DNA of 42,766 bases, from contig QNCE01000003.1 of NCBI GenBank assembly GCA_003644405.1, forward strand, positions 1 through 42,766, given 5' to 3'. This DNA comes from Candidatus Omnitrophota bacterium. GTDB taxonomy: Bacteria > Omnitrophota > Gorgyraeia > Duberdicusellales > 4484-171. The notes under the pieces were generated by a model. It worked only from the letters and a program-made list of their open reading frames with translations, searched no databases and had not been told where the DNA came from. Position 1 is the stretch's first letter, and every line of letters starts with the position of its first letter. Shown piece by piece: positions 27,412-38,332 of the stretch. The translations under genes and the position numbers were made by a program.

Positions 27412-28238
27412 CTCTCTGCTAACTTTAGAAGATTATCAAAAAGAAATAAGGGGGTAAAACTACCTACTCCTCGAGGTACAGGAGTAATAAATGAAGCCTT
27501 CTTTTTTGCTTCCTCAAACTCTATATCTCCACACAATTTCCCTTTCCAATAGGATATTCCTACATCAATAACTACTGCCCCTTTTTTAATCCAAGCACCT
27601 TTTATAAAGCGAGGTTTACCTACACAAGAGATAAGAAGATCAGCACTTCGTATGTAGAAGGACAACTTCTTAGCTTGATAAGTGCCAATATGGGTGATAA
27701 TTACAGTAGCAAATTTATCCGCTAAAATTATACTTAAAGGCTTGCCGATATGGGGAGAAAATCCCACCAGAGTTACATTCTTACCATAGAGAGAAATGCT
27801 TGAAATCTTTATTACCTCTAGAATACTCCGTACTGTAGGAGGAAGAATTTTCTCTTTCTTTAGAAAAATTCTTCCTAGATTATAAGGGTTGAGTCCTTCC
27901 ACATCTTTGGACGGCAAAATACTAGAAAATAATTTAAACTCATCCCAATTCTTAGGGAGGGGCTTATGGATAATTATTCCTTTGGTAAATCTATCTCTGT
28001 TTAACTTATCTAACACTTCTAAAGCTAAAGAAAACTGACTTCTTTTAAATTCAAATACTTTATAATCGATGTTGAGTTTTTGAGCAATCTTCTCTTGGGA
28101 ACGAATGTAAACATCAGCGGAATTGTTCTCGCTAATTTTGAAAGAAGCCAGCGAAATTTTACCAAAAGACTTTCTTTTTCTCTTTAGTCGATTGAGCATT
28201 TTTTCTAAAAATGGTTGAGAATTTAAAACTTTTCCCAT
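27408..28238 (-). CDS. folD: Methylene-THF dehydrogenase (FolD family; probably monofunctional)
   Basis: KDVEG, GKPL, ADLLISCVGKP, GAVVIDVGI, ITPVPRGVG; YxxxK reads YIRSQ. Confidence 0.9.
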   Translation of the reverse strand: MGKVLNSQPFLEKMLNRLKRKRKSFGKISLASFKISENNSADVYIRSQEKIAQKLNIDYKVFEFKRSQFSLALEVLDKLNRDRFTKGIIIHKPLPKNWDEFKLFSSILPSKDVEGLNPYNLGRIFLKKEKILPPTVRSILEVIKISSISLYGKNVTLVGFSPHIGKPLSIILADKFATVIITHIGTYQAKKLSFYIRSADLLISCVGKPRFIKGAWIKKGAVVIDVGISYWKGKLCGDIEFEEAKKKASFITPVPRGVGSFTPLFLFDNLLKLAER

Positions 28239-28753
28239 ATACTAACTTTCTTAAACTTTTTACTTAAATTATTGATTGTTTCTCTATTATCCACTTTAAA
28301 CATTATCTGATTTGCCTGCAAATTTTTTATACAGGCAAATAAAGCTAACTCCACCAGTCTTAAACCAATCTCTAAATCGCCCTTAAGAGATAATTTAACC
28401 CTATTCTTTACCTTTTTTATCATAGAAAGTATTTCTAAACTTTTTTCTCCTATCTTTATGAGATTCTTTTGTGACTTACTTATGAGATATTTTTTCTTTT
28501 GCAAACTCCTCTCCTTAATTATCTGAGAAAACAATTTGCCATCTAAATCTATAAGAGGTAGTATTTTCTTTCTTTCTTTCTTTAAAATTGAAAAAAAATC
28601 TTTAAAATTTCCTTTACTAAACTTTAGAACCATCTCTATTAAGGAGGTTCCTACACAAAAACATAAACTAGCAACACTCCCTCCTCCTGGCTGAGGAGTA
28701 GGTTGAGATAAATCTTCTAAATATATTTTAAACTTATCGCTGTATCTTTTCAT
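28223..28753 (-). CDS. fchA: Cyclodeaminase/cyclohydrolase (FTCD_C / FchA-like methenyl-THF cyclohydrolase)
   Basis: L....[11 protein letters not shown]...G.SL.EMV and ID.D motifs; overlaps folD. Confidence 0.8.
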   Translation of the reverse strand: MKRYSDKFKIYLEDLSQPTPQPGGGSVASLCFCVGTSLIEMVLKFSKGNFKDFFSILKKERKKILPLIDLDGKLFSQIIKERSLQKKKYLISKSQKNLIKIGEKSLEILSMIKKVKNRVKLSLKGDLEIGLRLVELALFACIKNLQANQIMFKVDNRETINNLSKKFKKVSIWEKF

Positions 28754-29093
28754 TCTCTAAAAAAGCATTCTTTATAAGATGATAACTACGCCAATCTTTT
28801 CCTTCCTCAATAGCAACTACATCAAAACGATAGCTACCCTGAGGATACTTTTTGCTGTATAGTTTACCTGCCAAAACTAACTTTTTTCTTTTTAATTCAT
28901 CCACTGCTTCTTGGGGAGAAACCCAGAAATTTTTCCCTCGAGCTTTCACTTCTACTAAAGCAAAACAATGTTTATCTTTAGCCACAATATCAATTTCCCC
29001 CCAGCGGGTATTAAAATTCCTCTCTAAAATTCTGTAGCCCTTTAACCTCAGAAACTCTTCTGCTCTATCCTCATAGAAGTTTTCTCTAACCAT
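28734..29093 (-). CDS. yraN: YraN/UPF0102 family endonuclease-fold protein
   Basis: [28 protein letters not shown]; follows rnhB. Confidence 0.93.
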   Translation of the reverse strand: MVRENFYEDRAEEFLRLKGYRILERNFNTRWGEIDIVAKDKHCFALVEVKARGKNFWVSPQEAVDELKRKKLVLAGKLYSKKYPQGSYRFDVVAIEEGKDWRSYHLIKNAFLENEKIQR

Positions 29094-29664
29094 TTAAAAA
29101 ACTTCTCCTATGAAAAGGAGTAAGTCCCTTTTCTTTTAGTAACTCCTTATGAAGTCTGGTAGGATATCCTTTATGTTTAGCTAATCCCCAATGAGGATAA
29201 AGAAAATCTAAAACTCCCATAAGGTAATCTCTAAAGACCTTAGCAATGATAGAAGCTGAAGCAACTTCTCTTATTTTCTCATCAGCTTTTTTTATGCATA
29301 TATAATTTACTTTTAAATTAGTTTTAAAAATGTTGCCATCAATAACAAAGAGTGCTTCTTTTAAAAAAGGAGCACGCTTAATTATTCCCTTTATTGCTCG
29401 ATTAAATGCCAGCATAGTAGCTTCCAAAATGTTAAGTCTATCTATTTGAGAAGGATTAACTACAACTAGAGAAAAAATACCCCTCTTTACCAGAATATCA
29501 AACATCTCTTCTCTCTTAAGAAAATTAATCTTTTTTGAATCTTTTATCTCTAAATTCTTACTAATCTTTTTCTTAAAACAGAAAGCACATGCTACGAGAG
29601 GTCCACATAAAGGACCTCGACCAGCTTCATCTATCCCTACAACTAAATCTTTAAACATCTTCAT
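29086..29664 (-). CDS. rnhB: Ribonuclease HII
   Basis: [40 protein letters not shown]. Confidence 0.96.
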   Translation of the reverse strand: MKMFKDLVVGIDEAGRGPLCGPLVACAFCFKKKISKNLEIKDSKKINFLKREEMFDILVKRGIFSLVVVNPSQIDRLNILEATMLAFNRAIKGIIKRAPFLKEALFVIDGNIFKTNLKVNYICIKKADEKIREVASASIIAKVFRDYLMGVLDFLYPHWGLAKHKGYPTRLHKELLKEKGLTPFHRRSFLNG

Positions 29665-29667
29665 AGT

Positions 29668-30015
29668 TTAAGCAATCATAGCTTTGCGCCCTATTCTCTT
29701 CCTTAAATAGTAAAGCCTCTTTCTTCGTGGTCGTCGGCGTGAAGGAGTAACAATCTCAATCTTTTCAATAAAAGGAGAATAGTAAGGAAAACTAACTTCA
29801 TAGGCTTCTCCATAAGAAATTCTTCTCACTGTAAAAGACTTACGGTGAAGTTGACCCTGAATTTTTATCACTACTCCTTCGATAGGATGAATTCTTTCTT
29901 TATCTTTCTCTTTAATCTTGTACCAAACTCTTATAATATCTCCTTGTTTAAAGGAAGGGTAATCTTTTTTCATCTCTTGAAGGATTTTCTTTTCCACATC
30001 TAAGAGTCTTGACAT
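29668..30015 (-). CDS. rplS: 50S ribosomal protein L19
   Basis: F..GD.IRV...IKE.DKERI...EGVVI, SFTVRRISYG, LYYLR. Confidence 0.95.
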   Translation of the reverse strand: MSRLLDVEKKILQEMKKDYPSFKQGDIIRVWYKIKEKDKERIHPIEGVVIKIQGQLHRKSFTVRRISYGEAYEVSFPYYSPFIEKIEIVTPSRRRPRRKRLYYLRKRIGRKAMIA

Positions 30016-30031
30016 ATCTGCCTCCTTTTTA

Positions 30032-30754
30032 CTAAATTTTTCTAGAATATACTCTTTTCTTCCATAAGTCAGGTCTCAACTTCTTGGTCAACTCTTCTGC
30101 TTTTTTTATTCGCCATTTCTCTATCTTATCATGGTCTCCAGAGAGTAATATTTTGGGAACCATTAAACCCCTAAAATTTTGAGGTCGAGTATATACGGGA
30201 TAATCTAAAAGATAATCTTGGAAACTTTCCTTTTTTACGGAAGAAAAATTAGATACTACACCGGGAAGAAGTCTTACTAAACAATCAATAAAAACCATAC
30301 AAGGAAGCTCTCCTCCGCTAAGTACATAATCTCCAATAGAAATCTCATCCTCTGCTAGATATTTTCTAACTCTTTCATCCACACCTTCATACCGAGGAGC
30401 TAAAAGAATTAAACGCTGATATTTTAAGAATTTTTTTACCAACTCCTGATTAAGAAGCCTTCCTTTAGGAGTAAAAAGAATAATTCTTTTGGTGGTATCT
30501 CTTCTTTTTTTAGGATATACCTTGTATTTTAAAACATCCTCTACTGCAGAAAAAAGGGGTTGGCATTTAAATACCATTCCTGGGCCACCACCGTAGGGAG
30601 ACCCGTCCACTTTACGATGGGGATCACCAGAATAATCCCTTAAGTTGATGAGATTAATCCTTACTAACCCCTTCTGCTGAGCTCTTTTGATTATAGATTC
30701 CTCTAGAATTGGCTTAAACATTTGAGGGAAAATAGTAATAACATCGATTATCAT
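30032..30754 (-). CDS. trmD: tRNA (guanine-N1)-methyltransferase
   Basis: PYGGGPGM, RYEGVDERV, SIGDYVLSGGE, YTRP, LLSGDH. Confidence 0.97.
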   Translation of the reverse strand: MIIDVITIFPQMFKPILEESIIKRAQQKGLVRINLINLRDYSGDPHRKVDGSPYGGGPGMVFKCQPLFSAVEDVLKYKVYPKKRRDTTKRIILFTPKGRLLNQELVKKFLKYQRLILLAPRYEGVDERVRKYLAEDEISIGDYVLSGGELPCMVFIDCLVRLLPGVVSNFSSVKKESFQDYLLDYPVYTRPQNFRGLMVPKILLSGDHDKIEKWRIKKAEELTKKLRPDLWKKRVYSRKI

Positions 30755-30765
30755 GGTATAACTAA

Positions 30766-31890
<1,125 letters not shown>

Positions 31891-32115
31891 TCACTTTCTG
31901 AAAATAAGATAGAGAATTAAACTTAAAACAATACTTACAAGGATTGAGGTGGCGAGAGGAAAATAAAAGATGAAATTGTCTTTCTTAATCAAGATATCAC
32001 CAGGTAGCCTTCCTAGAAAAGGAATCTTAAACTTAGAAAATACAATTACCCCTACACCTAAAATGATTAGAAATAACCCTAATACAATTAGAAACTTCCC
32101 TAAGGTGTTAATCAT
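31891..32115 (-). CDS. DUF2905-like small membrane protein
   Basis: LGRLPGDI and FYFPLATSIL.S motifs, two TM segments; typical position after ruvB. Confidence 0.9.
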   Translation of the reverse strand: MINTLGKFLIVLGLFLIILGVGVIVFSKFKIPFLGRLPGDILIKKDNFIFYFPLATSILVSIVLSLILYLIFRK

Positions 32116-32117
32116 CT

Positions 32118-33143
32118 TCAGAACAACTTTTCCTGGGCTTGTCTAGGGAAGGCAATATTTAAATGTTTATAGGTAGCTAGAGTAACTTCTCTCCCTCTCG
32201 GCGTTCGTCTAATAAACCCTTTCTTTAAAAGGTATGGTTCAACAACCTCTTCTAATGTATCTTTCTCTTCACCTAAGGAGGCAGCAATAGCCTCTATTCC
32301 TACTGGCCCACCACCGTGAATCTCAATTATTGCTCTTAAGTATTTTCTGTCTAACTCATCTAAACCTTCCTCGTCAATTCTTGCTTTATGACAAGCATCT
32401 TTGGTTATCTGAGAAGTAATTATCCCCTCTCCTAAAACTTGGGCATAGTCTCTTACCCGTCTCAGGAGACGATTGGCTAACCGTGGAGAACCTCGAGAAC
32501 GAGAAGCAATCTGAAAGCTACTTTCATCATCTATCTTTATTCCTAAGAGCTTAGCACTCCGTTTTACTACTAACGTTAGTTCTTGAGGAGTGTAAAAATC
32601 AAAATCAAAGAAAAAGCCAAACCTTCCCCTCAAGGGAGCACTTAAAAGACCCTTTCTAGTTGTAGCTCCAATGAGAGTAAATGGTTTTAAATTAAACTTT
32701 ATGGTTTTAGCATAGGGACCTTTATCTATAATAAAATCTATCTGAAAACTTTCCATAGCAGGATATAGAAACTCTTCTATTACTCGAGAAAGGCGATGAA
32801 TCTCATCAATGAAAAGAATATCACCTCGTTCTAAATTAGTAAGAATTCCCACTAAATCCCCTGCTCTTTCAATAGCAGGACCACTGGTGGAAACAAATTT
32901 CGTTCCCATCTCTTTAGCAATACACCAAGCAAGAGAAGTTTTACCTAAACCTGGTGGTCCAGATAGTAAAATGTGTTCTAAAGATTCTTTCCTTTTCTTC
33001 GCTGCCTCAATAGCTATCTTTAGAGAAGAGATGACGTTTTTCTGACCAATAAACTCACTTAAGTTGGTAGGCCTTAAAGAAAGGTTAACTATCTTTTCCT
33101 CATCGTTCTCTTTAAAGTAATCCACGAATCTTTCTTTTTTCAT
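32118..33143 (-). CDS. ruvB: Holliday junction branch migration helicase RuvB
   Basis: LRP, GPPGLGKT, FIDEIHRL, GATTR, RTPRGR. Confidence 0.97.
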   Translation of the reverse strand: MKKERFVDYFKENDEEKIVNLSLRPTNLSEFIGQKNVISSLKIAIEAAKKRKESLEHILLSGPPGLGKTSLAWCIAKEMGTKFVSTSGPAIERAGDLVGILTNLERGDILFIDEIHRLSRVIEEFLYPAMESFQIDFIIDKGPYAKTIKFNLKPFTLIGATTRKGLLSAPLRGRFGFFFDFDFYTPQELTLVVKRSAKLLGIKIDDESSFQIASRSRGSPRLANRLLRRVRDYAQVLGEGIITSQITKDACHKARIDEEGLDELDRKYLRAIIEIHGGGPVGIEAIAASLGEEKDTLEEVVEPYLLKKGFIRRTPRGREVTLATYKHLNIAFPRQAQEKLF

Positions 33144-33844
33144 ATAGAGGAGTAAATCTTATCTCTTCTCACAATAAGGATCTCTGAGAAAAGATCCTTC
33201 TGGATAGCTACAATCTCTCTTAAACGAATCAATTCTAAGATTGCTAAGAAAGTCACAATTATCTCTAATTTATTCTGTGCAGAAGAAAAAAATTCCTCCA
33301 AAGAAATCTTTTCTCTCTCTAATAGAAGGTGAAGAAGATCGTGCATTTTCTCTTCCACCGTAAATTCATCTCTTACTACTTCAAAAAATATATCTTTAGG
33401 AACCTCTTTTAAGGCGGATTTGAAAGCACTTATAAGGTCAAATATGGAAGCCTCAATATAAACTTCTCTTTCTTTATCAGGAGTGGAACGGCTGATATAC
33501 CTTAATCTTTCCCTTTCTCTCTGCTTAAGATAAGCAGCTGCTTCTTTAAATTTTTGGTACTCTAAGAGTTTTTTTATCAACTCTTCTTTAGAAGAAACCT
33601 CTTCAGGTTCTTCGGTAGTCTCTTGAGGTAAGAGAAGCTTTGATTTTATATTTATTAATGTAGCAGCCATCACCATATATTCGGAAGCAATATTGATATC
33701 TAAAACTTGCATAAGATTTATAAACTCTAAATATTGCTCAACCACATTAGAAACGCATACCTGACTGATATCTATGTGATTCTTCTTAATAAGATAAAGA
33801 AGTAAATCTAAAGGTCCTTCAAATATATCCAGCTTTACTCTCAT
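33140..33844 (-). CDS. scpA: Segregation and condensation protein A (kleisin)
   Basis: FEGPLDLLL.LI, MAATL..IKSKLLLP, TFLAILEL. Confidence 0.96.
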   Translation of the reverse strand: MRVKLDIFEGPLDLLLYLIKKNHIDISQVCVSNVVEQYLEFINLMQVLDINIASEYMVMAATLINIKSKLLLPQETTEEPEEVSSKEELIKKLLEYQKFKEAAAYLKQRERERLRYISRSTPDKEREVYIEASIFDLISAFKSALKEVPKDIFFEVVRDEFTVEEKMHDLLHLLLEREKISLEEFFSSAQNKLEIIVTFLAILELIRLREIVAIQKDLFSEILIVRRDKIYSSI

Positions 33845-33845
33845 C

Positions 33846-34823
33846 TTATAAACCCATTACTTTCTTTGCTTCCTTTAGAGTAGCTTCTGCAAAAGAAGAA
33901 GCTTTTTTTCTCCCTTCCTCTAATATATTATAAAGCATTTTTTTTTCTTTTAAAATTTTTTTCTTCTTCTCTCTGTGGGGTAAAATGAATTCTTCAATTA
34001 TATCTGCTAAAATAGCTTTGCATTCTTTACAGCCTTTCTCTGCCTGTCTACACCAATTCTCTACTTGAGAACTCATCTTAGGAGAAAATACATTATAGTA
34101 GCTGAATACATTGCATACGTGAGGGCGGCCAGGCTGATGTTTATACTTCCTTTCTGGATCAGTAAACATAGAAAGAACTTTTTTTCTCAAAGATTCTTTT
34201 TCCTCATCTAAACTAATATAGTTATTATAGCTTTTACTCATTTTTCTGCCATCTAAACCTAAAAGTTTAGGGATTTTAGTAAGAAGAGGCTGGGGTTCTA
34301 TAAAAACCTCTCTTTTATAAAGAAAGTGAAAACGTCTTACTAATTCCCGAGTAATCTCTAAATGAGGAAGTTGATCCTCTCCTACAGGTACAAAATCTGC
34401 TCTATAGAGAAGGATATCTGCTGCTTGAAGTACAGGGTAACCTAAGAAAGCATAAGTATTCACTTCCTTGTCTTTAAGCTGCCTTATCTGCTCTTTAAAA
34501 GTAGGACAACGCCAGACCCATCCCAAAGGAGTTATCAAAGAGAGAATTATAAACAACTCTAAGTGTGCAGGAACTTGAGATTGAATGAATACCACTGACT
34601 TTTCAGGATCAATTCCCCATGCAAGCCAATCCGCTACGTTATCTAAGAGAAGTTGTTGCATCTGGCCAGTATTTTTATATTCACTCATCAAAGCATGCCA
34701 GTCAGCTACCATAAAAAAACACTGATAGTTATCTTGAAGACTAACCCAGTTAGATAAAGCTCCTACCCAATGACCTAAATGAAGTTTACCGGTAGGACGC
34801 ATCCCACTAAGAATTCTCTTCAT
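33846..34823 (-). CDS. trpS: Tryptophan--tRNA ligase
   Basis: SGMRPTGKLHLGH, YPVLQAADIL, VGEDQ, KMSKS. Confidence 0.97.
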   Translation of the reverse strand: MKRILSGMRPTGKLHLGHWVGALSNWVSLQDNYQCFFMVADWHALMSEYKNTGQMQQLLLDNVADWLAWGIDPEKSVVFIQSQVPAHLELFIILSLITPLGWVWRCPTFKEQIRQLKDKEVNTYAFLGYPVLQAADILLYRADFVPVGEDQLPHLEITRELVRRFHFLYKREVFIEPQPLLTKIPKLLGLDGRKMSKSYNNYISLDEEKESLRKKVLSMFTDPERKYKHQPGRPHVCNVFSYYNVFSPKMSSQVENWCRQAEKGCKECKAILADIIEEFILPHREKKKKILKEKKMLYNILEEGRKKASSFAEATLKEAKKVMGL

Positions 34824-34828
34824 CTTAA

Positions 34829-36730
34829 TTACAACCTTCTTTCTACTACCTCTTCACTAAAAGCTTCGATAATATCTCCTTCTTTAACTTCGCTGTAGCC
34901 AATATTTACTCCACACTCCAATCCTTCGCTAACTTCTTTTACATCATCTTTAAATCGTTTCAAGGAAAGTATCTTTCCTTTAAAAACCACCTCATTTTCC
35001 CTTAAAACTTCACAGAGAGCTTGTCTCTGGAGTTTACCTTTTTCTACAATAACTCCTGCTATCACTCCCCGAGATAATTTAAATACTTTCTTAACTACCG
35101 CTCTCCCCAAAAATACCTTTCTAATTTGAGGAGTAAGCATACCTTCTAAAGCTAACTTTAAATCGTCAACTAATTCATAAACTATTTGATAAAGCCTTAT
35201 CTGAATTCCCTTAGCTTTAGCTAAATCTCTAGCATTAGTATCCACACTTACCTTAAACCCTATAACAACTGCATCACTTACTTCAGCTAAAAGTACATCG
35301 GAAGAGTTAATCGAACCTACTCCTTTATGGACTATATTAACCTCTACTTCCTGAGTACCCAAATCTTTTAGGGCATTTTCTACCGCCTCTAAAGTTCCTC
35401 CTACATCTGCCTTCAAGATAATCTTAAGTTGTTTTATACTTTTGTCTTTTACTCTTTCGTAAAGATCCTCTAACCTCATATGTACGGGAGGAGAAATTCT
35501 TTTTCTTTCCTCCTCCTCTCTTCTTCTATTTACAATCTCTTTAGCAGTACTTTCATCAGAAACAACAAAAAATCTATCTCCTGGGTTGGGAACTCCTCCT
35601 AACCCTAAAATCTCTACAGGATAAGAGGGAAAGGCTTGGTCTAACTGACGACCTCTGTCGTCATACATTGCCCTTACCCTTCCCCAATACAATCCACATA
35701 CACAAAGATCACCTTTTTTTAACTTCCCCTCTTGAATAAGTACAGTAGCCAACGGCCCTTTTCCTTTAGAGAGCTTAGCTTCTATAACTACTCCTAAAGC
35801 AGGGCGAGCATAATCGGCTTTCAGTTCCATAAGTTCTGCCTGTAAAAGGATCAATTCTAAAAGCTCATCTATTCCTTCCCCAGTTTTAGCAGAAACCCCT
35901 ACGGTAACAGTATTACCTCCCCAATCCTCTGGAACTAACCCTATCTTAGAAAGTTGTTGTTTAGTCATCTCTGTATCAGCATTAGGCTTATCAATTTTGT
36001 TAATAGCTACAATGATAGGAACCCCTGCGTCTCGGCCATGGTCATAGGCTTCTATAGTCTGGGGTTTTACCCCCTCATCAGCAGCAACAACTAAAACGAT
36101 AATATCAGTTATATTTGCTCCTCGAGCACGCATAGCAGTAAAAGTCTGATGTCCAGGAGTGTCTAAGAAGGTAATTTCTCCCTTCTCAAGAGTTACCCGA
36201 TAAGCCCCAATATGTTGAGTAATCCCTCCTGTTTCTCTTTCGGCAATTTTACTCTTTCTTATGTAATCTAAGATAGATGTTTTACCATGGTCAATGTGCC
36301 CCATAAGAGTTACTACTGGAGCTCTTTTTTTAACTTCTTTGGGTTCTACTTTTAAAATCTCTTCTTCTTTAGGAGGTTTTTTCTTAAGATTAACCTTATA
36401 GTGATAAGCAATCTCCTTAGCTATAGCTTCATCAAGACTCTGATTTATATTGTAGAATTTACCTTGACTTACAAGAAACTTGAGAATCTCCGAAGGTTTC
36501 TTATCCAACTTTACTGCTAATTCTTTTAAAGTAATAGGAAAATCAACTTCTACTACGTTTTCCTCTATTTCTTTCTTTTTTAAATCCTCTATCTCATGCT
36601 TTATAATCTCTGCAGTTTCTTCATCTACTACGGACATATGACTTTTTACAAAGAAATTCAAAGTCTTAAGTTTCTCAATAAGTTGTTTGGAATCCATCCC
36701 TAATTGCTTTGCTAACTCATAAATTCTCAT
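34829..36730 (-). CDS. infB: Translation initiation factor IF-2 (short N-terminus)
   Basis: [34 protein letters not shown]. Confidence 0.97.
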   Translation of the reverse strand: MRIYELAKQLGMDSKQLIEKLKTLNFFVKSHMSVVDEETAEIIKHEIEDLKKKEIEENVVEVDFPITLKELAVKLDKKPSEILKFLVSQGKFYNINQSLDEAIAKEIAYHYKVNLKKKPPKEEEILKVEPKEVKKRAPVVTLMGHIDHGKTSILDYIRKSKIAERETGGITQHIGAYRVTLEKGEITFLDTPGHQTFTAMRARGANITDIIVLVVAADEGVKPQTIEAYDHGRDAGVPIIVAINKIDKPNADTEMTKQQLSKIGLVPEDWGGNTVTVGVSAKTGEGIDELLELILLQAELMELKADYARPALGVVIEAKLSKGKGPLATVLIQEGKLKKGDLCVCGLYWGRVRAMYDDRGRQLDQAFPSYPVEILGLGGVPNPGDRFFVVSDESTAKEIVNRRREEEERKRISPPVHMRLEDLYERVKDKSIKQLKIILKADVGGTLEAVENALKDLGTQEVEVNIVHKGVGSINSSDVLLAEVSDAVVIGFKVSVDTNARDLAKAKGIQIRLYQIVYELVDDLKLALEGMLTPQIRKVFLGRAVVKKVFKLSRGVIAGVIVEKGKLQRQALCEVLRENEVVFKGKILSLKRFKDDVKEVSEGLECGVNIGYSEVKEGDIIEAFSEEVVERRL

Positions 36731-36731
36731 T

Positions 36732-37868
36732 TTACTCCTTCAAACAATTTCTTGCTTCCTCGATTATTTTCTCCGCTTTCTTCTTCCCTATCCCTTTTAT
36801 CTTACCTAAATCTTCAATGGAAGCAGAAGCTAACGATTTTATGTCGGAATAGCCAGCATTCACCAAAAGAGTAGCCATACGTTTACCTACATTCTTTAAC
36901 TTACTTAACTCCTTTAAACTCTGCTGAATCCCTTCTTTGGTCCGTACATCTATCTCCCAACCTACCAACTTAGAAGCTAACCTTACATTCTGCCCTCTCT
37001 TGCCAATAGCTAAAGAGAGCTGTTCGGAAGTTACCAGAACTTTCGCACGTTTGTTATCTCTATCTAGTTCGATACGAGAAACTACCGCAGGAGATAAAGC
37101 TGCCTTAATAAATTCTTTCATATCTTCGTGCCAGCGTACAATATCAATCTTCTCTCCTCGTAACTCTTCGATAATATTTTTAACCCGAGAACCTCTTATC
37201 CCCACGCATGCTCCTACACAATCTACTTTTTCATCTTTAGAATAAACCGCTATTTTAGTCCTTTCTCCTGCCTCTCTAGCTATAGCTTTAATCTCCACTA
37301 TCCCTTCGTAAACCTCGGGAACCTCTAGTTCGAATAGCTTCTTAACTAATCCTTCACTTTTTCTAGAGAGAATAATCTGAGGCCCTTTCTCTTTTTTTAC
37401 CTCTACTACCAAAGCTCTTACTCTTTCTCCCATACGGAACTTATCTAAAGGAGAGAGAAAACCTTTAGGAATTATTGCTTCTGCCTTCCCTAAAAGATCT
37501 AAAATTACACCTTTTTTCTCAATACGGTACACTACCCCCCCTACTATTTTCCCCACTTTATCTTTAAATTCGTTATAAACATTCTCTTTCTCTGCTTCTC
37601 TAATCTTTTGAATTATCACCTGCCGAGCAGTTTGAGCAGCAATCCTTCCAAATTGAGGAGAAGAAATCTCCTTACCGCCTATCCAAACATGAATATTGCC
37701 TTTCTCTTTATCTATCTCTACCTTTACCTCTGCACCAGGAGAAGTTATCTTAGCAATTTTTTTTGCTGCTACAATTAAAGCTTGTTTTACTGCCTCAATG
37801 AGAACTTCTCTATTTAGCCCTTTTTCTCTTTCTAACTGTTCCAAGATACTTAAAAATTCTTTATTCAT
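36732..37868 (-). CDS. nusA: Transcription termination/antitermination factor NusA
   Basis: FGRIAAQTARQ, S1 and two KH domains (GACVG.RGSR, AIGKRGQNVRLA), C-terminal HhH repeat. Confidence 0.97.
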   Translation of the reverse strand: MNKEFLSILEQLEREKGLNREVLIEAVKQALIVAAKKIAKITSPGAEVKVEIDKEKGNIHVWIGGKEISSPQFGRIAAQTARQVIIQKIREAEKENVYNEFKDKVGKIVGGVVYRIEKKGVILDLLGKAEAIIPKGFLSPLDKFRMGERVRALVVEVKKEKGPQIILSRKSEGLVKKLFELEVPEVYEGIVEIKAIAREAGERTKIAVYSKDEKVDCVGACVGIRGSRVKNIIEELRGEKIDIVRWHEDMKEFIKAALSPAVVSRIELDRDNKRAKVLVTSEQLSLAIGKRGQNVRLASKLVGWEIDVRTKEGIQQSLKELSKLKNVGKRMATLLVNAGYSDIKSLASASIEDLGKIKGIGKKKAEKIIEEARNCLKE

Positions 37869-38332
37869 ATCTCTAACTTTTGTTTAGCAAACTTAACATT
37901 ATCTAAAGGAATCTTAAGTAACTGTTTTTTACCCTTGATAAATAAATCTTTCTCCTCTATATCCATAAGTCGTCCCTCCCAATACTCTTTACCTTCAATA
38001 GGAGTGTTAAGCCATAAAGCTACGAACTTATTCTTCACTCTTAAAAAATCCTCTTTTGTAGTCAACTTTCTATCTATCCCTGGGGAAAGAACCTCGACTA
38101 CAAAATCATCCCCTAAAATCTTTTCTTCATCTAAGTAAGAAAATATCAACTTATTGAGTCTGGCACAATCATTGATAGTAATTCCACCTTCAGGGTAATC
38201 AGTTATCACTCTTACAGCAAAACTATTTCCCTTCAAGAACAATTTAAACTCTACTAAACTTAACCCTTCGGATTTTAAAAACCCCTCTATCTTCTCTCTA
38301 ATTTTACTCTTTTTACTCTCTTCAATTAACAT
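37865..38332 (-). CDS. rimP: Ribosome maturation factor RimP
   Basis: GGITINDC, EVLSPGIDR.L; upstream of nusA. Confidence 0.93.
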   Translation of the reverse strand: MLIEESKKSKIREKIEGFLKSEGLSLVEFKLFLKGNSFAVRVITDYPEGGITINDCARLNKLIFSYLDEEKILGDDFVVEVLSPGIDRKLTTKEDFLRVKNKFVALWLNTPIEGKEYWEGRLMDIEEKDLFIKGKKQLLKIPLDNVKFAKQKLEI

